Source of the DNA: Craspedostauros australis | Taxonomy: Eukaryota | DNA length: 61,270 nt | NCBI GenBank assembly: GCA_030167865.1 | Contig: JALAGF010003917.1 | Span: 1 to 61,270 of the forward strand | Direction of reading: 5' to 3' | Translations under genes and position numbers: made by a program | Shown: piece by piece, positions 33,104 through 43,719 of the stretch | Layout: each line of letters starts with the position of its first letter | How positions within the stretch are numbered: the stretch's first letter is position 1 | The notes under the pieces: model-generated | Database searches by the model: none | What the model saw: only the letters and a program-made list of their open reading frames with translations | What the model was told of the DNA's origin: nothing

Positions 33104-35155
33104 ATGGGAAAGTTCGCAGGCGGAAAGAAGGGTGGCTCTCGTGGCTCATCCTTCCAGAGCACCTCCAAGCACTCATCGCCGTACGCGCCTGCTGCCAACG
33201 TGCTCAACGAGATCTGGAGGACGTCCAAGGGGCTGAAGACCGTCACGTTCTCGCAGGACGGCCAGCTCAAGGTCTCCAAATCCACTTACGCGCAGTGCGC
33301 CAACGTTCTGAAGCACAAGTCCGTCCTGGACGAGGTGCTGTCGTCGTCCGCCGGGAACGGCGATGGCGATGGCAATGGCGCGCAGCCTATTGTCGAGGCG
33401 AGGAACGAAGGGTTGCTGTACGTTCTGCTCTACGAGCTGCTTCTGGGTCCCAACAAGGCAATCCGCGGAGGCGGATCTCTGAAGCGCAAGCTGATGCAGA
33501 AGGAGTCCGATCTTCGGGAGGCGCTGGAGCGGGCATCGCCGGCTTCCAATGGAATGCTGGCATCGGCAAAGACGATTCCGCGGTACGTTCGAGTCAATAC
33601 GCTGCGCACCACCACGCAGGCTGTCGTCGAGCAATTGCAGAAGGATCATCCGGATCTGATTCTGTTTGCAGATGCGCACATTCCAGATATGCTCGTGATG
33701 GAACCGTCGGCCAAAACAAGGGAGCTTTTGCAGGATCTGGTGACATCGCACGAGGTCGTGCTGCAGGACAAGAGCTCTTGCTTCTCGGCCTTGTGCATGG
33801 TACATGGCTTCGATGGCGATTCTGCCGACAAACATCTATCGCAGGTTGCCGCAGCAAACAAAGATGGGACTGTGAACTTCATCGATGCTTGCGCAGCACC
33901 TGGAAACAAGACCAGCCACCTGGCGGCGCTGTTGGACAAAGCGATCGCCAGCAACGGCAGCAATGCCAGCAACGGCAGCAATGCCAGCAATGGCAGCAAC
34001 GACAGCAATACACAATCGAAGAAGTCGTCACCATTCAAGAAGAGCAAGAAGAAAAGCAAGACGAGCAGACAACAGCAATCGGTGGCCGCGACTGTGCATG
34101 CCTTCGATCGATCCTCGTCTCGATTCGCGATGCTGTCGAGGCGGATGTCCGAACTGGTGCCATCGCAAGACTCATCGTCCCGTCCTGTCACCGTGCAGTG
34201 CCACGAAGCCGACTTTCTGGCATCTCCAATCTCAGCCGCCACGAAACAGCAGGCTGACGGCAGCCCCGACGAAATCTACGGCATCCTCCTCGATCCAAGC
34301 TGCTCCGGCAGCGGCATGGCGGCGCATCAGCACAACGCCAGCCACGATCCGACCTACACGGATGAACGTGTCCAGAGTCTGTCGAGGTTCCAATTCAAGG
34401 CATTGCAGCATGCCATGAGCATACCGTCGGTGCAGCGGATCGTGTATTCGACATGCTCGCTATATGTTGCGGAGAATGAGCAGGTGGTGTGCGACGCTTT
34501 GTACGGAGGTCAAACCGATGACGACGATGGCAACGATGTCAACCATAGCGATGATAGCGATAGAAGCAACAGCAGCAAATCGACCGAATGGCAGCTGGTG
34601 GCACCAAAGTGCTTGCAGCATTGGAAACGCCGTGGATTGTCATCCTTCGAGTCCAAGCATTCCCAACAGCTGAGCGAGAGCGATCTCAATGCGCTGATCC
34701 GTGTCAATCCTATCGAGGATGAAACCAATGGATTCTTCGTGGCATGCTTCGAACGCAAGTCGGCCTCCATGAAGCAGCAGCAGCAGCGGCGGCAAGTGGA
34801 ATGGAACGTGGAGGCCCTGGATGGTGTTGCCGTGTACAACAGCGAGTTCGTGCAGGACCCATTGCCACCGAAGAAAGAGAGCAACAAGAAGGCTACAGTG
34901 GCAACCAACACCAAGGCACAGGCACAGGCAAAGACTGCGTCGCCATCGCCAAGACAGAAGCAACATCAGAAGCAACACCAACACGATGGAGATACTTCCA
35001 ACGAGAAGGAAACGCCTACCAAACGAAAACGAGATGCGCCCAACAATGACAAGGTCATGTCCAAGAAACGCGCCAAGAAGCTGGAGTGGAAGAAGCGCCA
35101 GGCGGAGCAGAAACAGAAGCGACTATTGCAGAAGAAGAGCAAGGCGTCGGAATAA
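33104..35155 (+). CDS. NSUN5: Large-subunit rRNA cytosine-C5 methyltransferase, NSUN5/Rcm1 type
   Basis: Motifs IPRYVRVNTL, LQDKSSCFSA, IDACAAPGNKTSHLAA, ILLDPSCSGSG, IVYSTCS...ENEQVV and GFFVACFER, with both catalytic cysteines present. N-terminal VLLYELLLG and a Lys-rich tail. Confidence 0.9.
   Translation: MGKFAGGKKGGSRGSSFQSTSKHSSPYAPAANVLNEIWRTSKGLKTVTFSQDGQLKVSKSTYAQCANVLKHKSVLDEVLSSSAGNGDGDGNGAQPIVEARNEGLLYVLLYELLLGPNKAIRGGGSLKRKLMQKESDLREALERASPASNGMLASAKTIPRYVRVNTLRTTTQAVVEQLQKDHPDLILFADAHIPDMLVMEPSAKTRELLQDLVTSHEVVLQDKSSCFSALCMVHGFDGDSADKHLSQVAAANKDGTVNFIDACAAPGNKTSHLAALLDKAIASNGSNASNGSNASNGSNDSNTQSKKSSPFKKSKKKSKTSRQQQSVAATVHAFDRSSSRFAMLSRRMSELVPSQDSSSRPVTVQCHEADFLASPISAATKQQADGSPDEIYGILLDPSCSGSGMAAHQHNASHDPTYTDERVQSLSRFQFKALQHAMSIPSVQRIVYSTCSLYVAENEQVVCDALYGGQTDDDDGNDVNHSDDSDRSNSSKSTEWQLVAPKCLQHWKRRGLSSFESKHSQQLSESDLNALIRVNPIEDETNGFFVACFERKSASMKQQQQRRQVEWNVEALDGVAVYNSEFVQDPLPPKKESNKKATVATNTKAQAQAKTASPSPRQKQHQKQHQHDGDTSNEKETPTKRKRDAPNNDKVMSKKRAKKLEWKKRQAEQKQKRLLQKKSKASE
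33950..34003. repeat. 18-bp coding tandem repeat x3 (SNGSNA)
   Basis: agcaacggcagcaatgcc x2 plus one variant copy, inside NSUN5. Confidence 0.9.
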
Positions 35156-35271
35156 TGTTGCCACGAACATAGTAGTTGGAATCCAGTGGTAACGAGATTA
35201 ATCAGCCATTCTATTTCGTACCTGCACATCACAACAACAACTACAGAAGCAGCAACTGCCACCGCTGATAT

Positions 35272-37522
35272 TTACTTGAAATCCGCGCGCACCACGTTCT
35301 CCACATCTTCCCGGATGATGAGCTGCGGATCGAAGTCGATATCGTCGGCCATCTGAGCCGAACGCATGCGCTTGCGGACCTCCGTACGGCATCCGGTGAG
35401 GAGCATCTCGCTGATACGGCCATTGCGCTCGCTGCGCCACGACGGCGTCGTCTCATCCTCCATGAGACGCGCGATGAGCATGGGTGTGAGGTCGTCCGTG
35501 AGGTCGAAGCCCTTGGCGTTGGCGAGGTCGATGAAGATCTTGGAGAGCTCGAGGCAGGTGTAGTCGGGAAATTCGAAGTTGACCGGGAACCGTTTGCGCA
35601 GCTCGCCGTTGAAGACGAGGAAGGTCTGGATCTCGACGGGGAATCCCGCCAGGATGACGAGGGGGTGGTTGTCCTCGCCGTTCTTGGAGGCCGACTCGTC
35701 GATGCTGCGGATGATTTCCATGATGGCGTCCGTGCCTGTGTCGACGCGATTTCTCTTGGAGGCCATGCCAAGGGTGTAGGCCTCGTCGATGAAGAGGATG
35801 CCGCCGCGCGCCTCGTCAATGACCTCGCGCGTCTTCATGATGGTGGTCTGCTTATCTCTGGCCACCAGATCCATGCGCTCGACCTCGAGGAACTTTGGTT
35901 TCCGGAGCAGTCCGAGCTCGTGGTAGACCTTGGCGAGGAGGCGCGCCACCGCGGTCTTTCCAGAACCAGGGTTGCCGACGAAGACCATGTGATCGGCCTT
36001 GGGACGGCCGTTGTCCTCTGCCAGCGCCGGTGGGATGATGTTGAGCGGGTGGCTGCGACCGCGCGGTCCTGTCGGGGGGACGAGAGACTCCTTGAGGTCG
36101 CTGATCTCCGCCGTTCGGCGCAGTCCACGCACCTGCGACTTGATGTGATCGAGGCTGATGATGGAGGATAGGAGGTCCTCGACGCGATCCTTGGGCCCCG
36201 TCTGCATGCGGTCGTAGGAAGTGGCCATCGGTATGCCTCTGGAGTCTCTGGTGACGAGACGCGTGCGCTTCCGGATGGCGTCCATGAGGATGTTCTCGGC
36301 ATCCACCTGTCCCTTGCCACGGCCATCCTCGAGCTGGTCGGAGAAGGCGATCTCGAGCTCGTTGGGGTCCATGCCGGCCGAGTAGAGGGCGTGCGGGAAA
36401 CGATCCGCGAGCTTGCGCACGGCCGCGAGGGCCAGCTTGAGGTCCTTGTTCTTGGCACCTCCCGAGTTGCGCATGCCGCCCAATCTGCGCTCCAGGGCGT
36501 TGGCCTGCTCGTCGAACCTCTCCGCTTTCTGACGGCGCGTGAGCTCCGGCGGTGGCGGACGTCCCTCGAGCATGGCGACGACCTGCTCGTTTGGGTTTTC
36601 GCTGGCGACGATGAGGTCCAGCGGCGTCATGCCTTCATCGTTCTGGAGGTGGAGGGCATCTGGGTAGGCCTCGATGAGGAGGCGCACGACCTCTGGCTCC
36701 GCGCGCTTGGCGGCCGCCATGTGGAGGGGCAGGGATCCGTACTGGTTGCGCACGGTGGCACCTTCGGGATGGCGTCCCAGCAGGACCTCGACGGTCTCGA
36801 TGGGTGCCTCCCACATGGCCGCCTGATGGATGGGGAGGTTGCCCACTCCGTTTGGTTGCGATGCGCCGCCTGGGTATGCCTTCAGCAACGCCTCGATGAC
36901 ATCCGCGCTGGCCTGGAAACTGCAAGCCGCATGCAGCGGCAGGTTGCCTCGCTCATTGAGGCGTGAAGCTTCTTCCGGGAACGATGGTTGCTGTGATGCC
37001 AATGCCAATGTCAGTGTTCGAGTTGATATAGATAATGTCGTCGTTGTCGTCGTCGTCGTTGGTGGTGGTGTTAAGGATGATGGTGATGGTGAGGTTTGAG
37101 AATTGAAGACGGAAGTATTATATCACACGAAGAGTTGAAAATGTGAGGCCAGATGGGACGAAATGGAGAATGCGAATCGAGCACTCCATTGATACTTGCG
37201 AAGAATGACAACACTGCGCTCCGCCGTCCTCTCGAATGTGGTAGGTGGTAGAGTAGCATTAGTGCCGTGCCCTTCCTTCAGCATGAGAGAGGATCCAGCC
37301 ATCCATGCATCCATCCATGCATCCGTACTCATGGCATGGCCGAGCATATGCACCATAAAAGCACCGCACCCTGCAATTGCACCCGCAGCTGCATCCAGAG
37401 ATGATGCCAAAGATGATGATTGTAGATGATGATAATCTAGCAGTGTTGTTTTGACGTACCTTGCTGCGAGAGAGCAAGGCTCCGAATCCCTTGCAGAGAT
37501 CGTGAAGCTGCGTGTCGGACAT
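35272..37522 (-). CDS. Ankyrin-like repeat + CbxX/CfxQ/SpoVK-type AAA+ ATPase, paralogue A (catalytically intact), about 593 aa. Exons 37522-37460 and 36990-35272
   Basis: Four GxLPLH/TPLD ankyrin-like repeats; Walker A HMVFVGNPGSGKT, Walker B GGILFIDEAY, sensor 1 region VILAG, Arg finger LRKRF, FEFPDY and RNGR. Exon 1 (MSDTQLHDLCKGFGALLSRSK|GTACGT) splices in phase 0 to cacag|CAA and aligns without gaps to paralogue B. Confidence 0.9.
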
Positions 37523-38661
37523 GGTGACTGTCTTGTGCAGGGAACGTTTTGGTGCTGATAGCTGCTGTACTCAATGCTCGTGCAGCGTCGGCTCTCCAAT
37601 GTGGTTGGTTACAGTGGTCACAGTGGTTGCAGTCGATGCCTGGAGGGTCAACAAGGCTGCTTCGTCTTGCTGCCTTCTTGGCTTGTTAGCTTGTCAGGTT
37701 CTTGGCTTGTTGGTTTGCTTCTGTTGAAGGACAAGGTGGGATCAGTCTGGGATCAGTCTGGGAGCTGTTCCGAATAGAACGCGCAAGCCACAAAGGAAGG
37801 AGTTGACAATGATGATGCTCAACTCAACTGTACGGCAATACTCTGCCTGTTGAATCTCTCTTCGCTCCACCTTGCTCCACCCGCCAAGACAGACAACCAA
37901 GGGCAACGACCACAACAGAGACAGCAACAACCGAAGACCATGGCGAACGCGCCTGTCCCAACAAGACACCACAACACGCCGCGCCAAAAAAAGCCAACTC
38001 GTTGCAACTCGCACGATCCAGCGCGACAACGGGGAACTGCGCTGTTCGTCACGCATCTTCGGCCAGGAGGATCCGTTGAGTGGCGAAATCCTTCGATTTT
38101 TCGATTATTTGACTACTCAGACTCGGATTGATTAAGCGAGGCACATGCAACATAACGGTTCTGCAACCTGAATCGACAAAATAAATGGACTCAACAGAAG
38201 ACACGAGGTCACGAAAACAGGCGCAGACACAACCGCGGGCGTTACCGAAGAGGCAAGGGAGGAAAGAAACAAACAAACAAGCCAGCCAACCAAGCAACAA
38301 CAACGACCGCATCTTGTGCACGCTCCGAAGTTGCGCCATCGTTGGTGTCATCGCCATTGTCGTCGCTGCTGTCGGCATCTTTCAAGTCGCAAGATCAAGC
38401 ACCGCAACGGCAACGACAATAGAGCACCAACTCAACGGCAACAGATTGAAGCAAAGCAAAGTCATCTTGCTGACACTCCGCACACCATCTTGATCATCAC
38501 GAATCCGGGGCGAACATCGGACGAAGCCAAACGAAGTCGGAAGCAGATACTGTCGCATACCGCACGATACTGCACTACTATACGCTGCACGAATATCGCA
38601 CAGTCCGCACTGTATAGCACCAAGAGCACAGCAAGAAAAGGAAAGAAAGAAGAGGATGACA

Positions 38662-40838
38662 ATGGCAGCATCCGGAGAGTACACCGATCTGCATGAGGTC
38701 GCCAAAGGATGGAAGGCGGCCATTGCGAGGTCCACAGACCCAGCCACCAGGTATGTAAGATTCATTCCAATGATTGCTCAGCATGTCATACAATGCAATA
38801 TAATGCAATGCAATGGAATGAAGCAAGAAAGCAAGCAAGAATGGCGCCATGCAGGACACACGTCTCCTATCACTCATACGATAGCCTTGCATCCCGTCTC
38901 CCACCTCACCTGACCTTACTTGCTCTACCTTCTCCCCAACCTCATCAACACAACTTCCACTATCGCATACACCAATACACATCCATTGCAATCACTGCGA
39001 TCGCCGCAATCACGGTAATCACTCGACCTGTGTCCATTGGTGCACGACTACTTGCATGAACGCAACAATACCATCATGCGACACAATCATGCACTATCAC
39101 GAATCATACATCACATCATGTATCTTGTATTATATCGTATTGTATTACATCGTATCGTATTTATATATATGTATGTATGTATCATGCATGACACGGCAGG
39201 CATGAGGCACAGGTAAAGAACGACCGTGGAAACCTGCCATTGCACACGGCAGCATCCTTCCGCGCACCCCTCGAGGTCACGGAAGCGCTGCTGGAGGCAT
39301 ACCCGGAGGCTGCATCCATCACCAACAACTACGGAAACCTGGCGCTGCACTTCACTGCGTGGAAGAAGGGACCGCTCGATGTGGAGAAGCTGCTGCTCAA
39401 GGTCTTCCCAGAAGGAGCGGCGCAGAAAAACAACCACGGCAATCTGCCGCTGCACTACGCCGCGCACTACAACGCCCCCCTCGAAGTCGTCGAAGCGCTC
39501 TACAATGCTTACCCGGAAGGCGCCACGCAGAAGAACAACGACAACAACACCCCGCTCGATCTGGCCATCGCCGACGGCGCCTCCCCCAACGTCGTGGCCC
39601 TGCTGCAGGGCAAGTCCGTCCCACCCACCGACGACGAGATCCTGGCGGCCTCCCAGCGACGCTTCGAAGCGCTCGAGAAGGAGATGAAGAAGTACAACCA
39701 GCGCAATCAGGGCACCAGCGAGGAGATGGAGACCGTCCTCTCCGTCCTCATGGACATCAACGAGGGCCACCGTCACGCCCTCTACTCGGCCGGCATCATC
39801 CCGGAGAAGGCCACGGGCATCGAATCCATGCTGGATCAGGTGCGCAAGGCCGCTGCGGCCGACGTGGCTCCCTCCGTCATGGGCGAGGACACCTTCATGG
39901 GCCGCAACGACAACGAGGATGAGGCGCAGCTCATCGAGGACGCCCTCTGTCCGCCGGATGACGTCGTGGAGATCGCCCTCTCCAAGCTCGTCGGTCTCGA
40001 GTCGGTCAAGAACCAGGTGCGCGGGCTGCGACGCACCATCGAAATGAACGACCGCGACAAGCCGACGGTCCGCATCCCGCCCAACCACCTCGCGCTGCAG
40101 GGCAATCCGGGCACGGGCAAGACCACCGTCGCCAAGATCCTCTCGCAGGTCCTCTTCGAGATCGGCGCCGTCAAGAACCGAAACTTCGTCATCTGCGGGC
40201 GTGACGACCTCATCGATCGCAAGTCCGAGGTCCGCACCATCCAGAAGACGCGACGTGTCCTGGAGCGTGCCTCGGGAGGCGTCCTCATCCTCAAGGAGGC
40301 CTACACCCTCCTGCCATCCACGGCGCGTCCCAGGGGGAGAGACCACGGTGGCGCGGCACTGCGGGAGATCGCGCGCATCCTGCCCTCCGGTAACCCACTC
40401 GTCGTCCTTACAGGATCGCCGCTGGACCTGCAGCGGATCCTCTCCAGCGACATTGGCTTCAAGAACTTCTTCCTCACGCGCGTCGAATTCCCCGATCCCT
40501 CACCGGAACAGGTCGCGCGCATGTTCATGGGCAAGATGACGGAGAAGGGTTTGATCGCCGGCGACGGCGTCACGGTCGAGTACCTCGCGGAGCTCATCGC
40601 CACCAACACGGATGAAGACTGGCGGTTGGAGCGCAACGGCCGCGTCAGCGAGCTCCTCGTCTACGCCGTGCGGTCCGAATTGCGCCGCCGCATCAACTTT
40701 GACGATCAGGCCTCCAAGATGTCCGTCAGCCCCATCAAGCTCATGAGCGGGGGATCGGCGCGTATGCCGGCCTTTGCACCGGAGGAGGTCTTTGTCACCG
40801 TGGAAGATATCCAGAATGCCGTCGTCAACGGTCTTTAA
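38662..40838 (+). CDS. Ankyrin-like repeat + CbxX/CfxQ-type AAA+ protein, paralogue B (degenerate Walker B and Arg finger), about 575 aa. Exons 38662-38750 and 39200-40838
   Basis: Same architecture as A. Walker A GNPGTGKT is intact, Walker B reads GGVLILKEAY, and the Arg-finger region reads DIGFKNFF. Phase-2 intron AG|GTATGT...ggcag|G restores TRHEAQVKNDRGNLPLH. An alternative ATG lies at 38656. Confidence 0.9.
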
Positions 40839-41233
40839 CATTCCAACCAACGCAATCTCTGTTCGTATTGTAGGTAACTCGCTCAATCAAACAATCTCAC
40901 ATAGCCAATACTATCACATTGCAATGATCATGTTTGTTATTGTTGCTGTTTGGTGGCTTGGACTTGGAATCATGGCAGAGCGTTTGTGTGTCTGCCTCAA
41001 TGAGTTCATCTCCTCATGACCGAGAGGATCTTCATTGTGGTGTGTAGTGACGCACAAGGTCTACCAGAAGCTCTCTCCTCATTCCTCTCTAGCCCATGCA
41101 GAATAGATAATAATGATACAATCTCTATCGTTACATCTCCTCACCTTGCTTGCCAAGAAGAGCATGCCACTTTCACGCTAACGCTACTTCTAACGTCAAC
41201 ACCAACACCTCCAGACACTGGAAAAGACACCTC

Positions 41234-42733
41234 TCATGACAACTCTCCCTCGCCAGCTTCCGTCCTCCCTTCCAACACATTCTTCGTGGCCCGGAATATG
41301 GCAAAGGACAGCCCCGTCCCGATCATGTTCTTGAGCACGGCCGGAACGATCCCGCGATAGAAGGACGCGACGCCTTCGCGTTTGTAGATGGCGCGCGCGC
41401 AATCGACCATACCGACGTGAGGATGGGACGCGCTGCTGTGCAACGTGCTGGTGCCGAAGACTGCCTGGGCCTGCAACCGCTTCTTGACCGTGTCCATGGG
41501 ATAGACGACGATCTTGCTCGTGGCGCCGGCGATCGAACCCGCGTAACCCGACACGGAGACGGTCTTGTTATGATCCTGCCGCGTGAGGTACTCGTAGATG
41601 GAGAAGTTGAGACCCATGTAGGGGACGATCTGCAGCACGGCGGGCAGGCCACCTGCGTAGAAACCGCGCACGCCTTGGTTGCGGTAGATGTCGGCAGCGA
41701 ATCCCGCGATGGAGGTTGGCGGGCGTTGCAAGTGTGGTCTGGTCGCTTTTGGTGTTGCGGCGGGTATCGTGTCCGCAAGGCCTCTTGCCGCGAACGCGGT
41801 CCTGCACAGATCGAATGGATACGTGATGAGCGTCGCACAGGTTCCCGCCACAGCGCCCGATAGAAATGCGACCACCGTCTTTCGCTGTCCCAGATTGTGG
41901 ATTTCATTCTTTCCATCTTTACTGCTTGTGGTCGCATTTTCGGGTATGATGGCGGCCGTGATGATCTGCTGCAACCTGCCGTAGACTGCGAACTGGACCA
42001 TGGCGTATCCCGCCCAAAGGTAGGTGGCTGCGAGGTTGCCGCGGAACAGAGCGAAGATGCTGCCCTCCTTCTGCACGATCTCCTTGAGCTGTGACCAAAG
42101 CGAGAATGAAGATCGTAGCGGATACTCAACCGACGATGCTGTGCCGCCGATGCCCGAGCTAGCCGTTGGGGCGGATAGCTGCATCCTTATTCTGATCAAA
42201 TCCAATGGGGCCGTCGCCAATCGCGCTGTTGTTTGTGACATGTTCATCACCATCATGTTCCCCAGCATCGTTGGTGTTAAGATAGGTAGACAGTTATATG
42301 GATAGATAGTTAGATAGATAGAGACGGAGGAATTGTGTTGTCTTGCATTGCATTGCATGCATTGCAGCAAGAGCATGTGAGTTCCATGTACTCTGGAGAG
42401 AGCAGGGCACTTCATCCGAGCGGATGGGATGAATGACTCTGGCAACCAAGTGGAGCATGACAGAGCACAGTAGTGTCGAGCAACTCCGTTCATGCATTGC
42501 ATATAGCATGACAAGAGCTCCAGCAATGCACTTTGCTCCAAGAGCAACAGACGCGATATGAGTCTCCGTTGTAGCGCGCGCAGATGACACACACATCATA
42601 GACCTCTATGGAGCAGCGTGATTCGTAATATGGTATGATATGATATAACACCATACGAGCACATACCTCCAGCTCCCGCTGTGCCGCCTGCAAGTGCGTT
42701 GTGCCACCATGGATAATCGTCTTCGTTGGGCAT
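41234..42733 (-). CDS. Mitochondrial carrier family protein, probably a thiamine-pyrophosphate carrier (SLC25A19/Tpc1-like), about 352 aa. Exons 42733-42667 and 42225-41234
   Basis: Three Px[DE]xx[KR]x[KR]-type signatures (PLDLIRIR, degenerate PFDLCRTA, PMDTVKKR). FRGN...Y..VQF..Y, IVPYMGLNF and GSIAGATSK..YP resemble TPC carriers. A phase-1 intron joins LAGGTAGAG-A-RLATAP. Confidence 0.8.
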
Positions 42734-43719
42734 TCGGATGAATGAGTACGTTGAATGGATGAATGAGTACGTTGAATGAATGAATGGATGAGTCAGCGAA
42801 TGGGAAAGAAGTATCGCGGAGAGTGATCCACTGCGGCTATTGCTCTGCACTCTTCGCCCAGCCGACTTCTTGCTTGCTTCGCCGCTGTTGCGCCTGAGAT
42901 GACAGAATCCGTGGTAGAAGTTGTGCTACTCTCTCTCTTTACAGCTGCATTCCTCAACACTCTACTCTATGTGCATGTATGCGATGGTCGACAAATGAAT
43001 CGTCATACAGTGAGATCTTTCAATACAACCAACGACAAGAATGGAAAAGACAGAGAAGACGCGGAGGCCTCAAACATGCCAATTGGGCTTCGTTTCCGCG
43101 ATGTGATCATCGTGGACGCGTCTTGCTTCTTGTCGTGTAGTTGTCGAAATGAGAATAGGGTGTCCCTCATGTAGGTAAGAGTGTCCATATTCAAATTGAA
43201 TCTGCGCTTGGGCGCACCATCTGGATGTGTAGACAGTGGAAGATCATCGACCGCGACACTCGCAACAATACCATCTCTCTCGCTAACTCTTCAAATTGTG
43301 TTGTTGCAACATCTCATGGGGACATATAATAGAATATAATAGAATAGTAGAGATGATGGAAATGGTATTGTACTTGGATGTCAATGTATAATATTTGCCT
43401 GTGGCTGTGCTTGTCGATGAGTTGATGTCGTGTTCGCCCATGAAACCTCACGAACCAACCGGGCGTCTCGCTCTTCATCTTTAACTCTCTTTCTCTCTCT
43501 CTCTTTCTTTCTGCAGCTAACTCAGCATGTTTGGTTGTTCGCCTGCCCATGTACGAGAAGAACACTTTCCAACTCCATCCCGTTTGTCTCAGTTCCAATG
43601 CGTTGCGTCGCTTGGCGTTGCACGGAGGAGATTCACTCATGACAACTATTCCCCGTTGCCACTGGTGTCAGAACGCTGTCTGTCCATCCATCATTTCTAG
43701 CATGCGCATATTAACGCGA

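Noticed and set aside
35272-40838. Red-type Rubisco activase (cbbX) annotation
   Set aside because: The AAA family is the same, but these proteins have ankyrin N-termini, no plastid-targeting presequence and no pore-loop tyrosine.
38662-40838. Paralogue B as a pseudogene
   Set aside because: The ORF is intact, splice sites are canonical, codon bias is strong and non-catalytic motifs are conserved; only specific catalytic residues differ.
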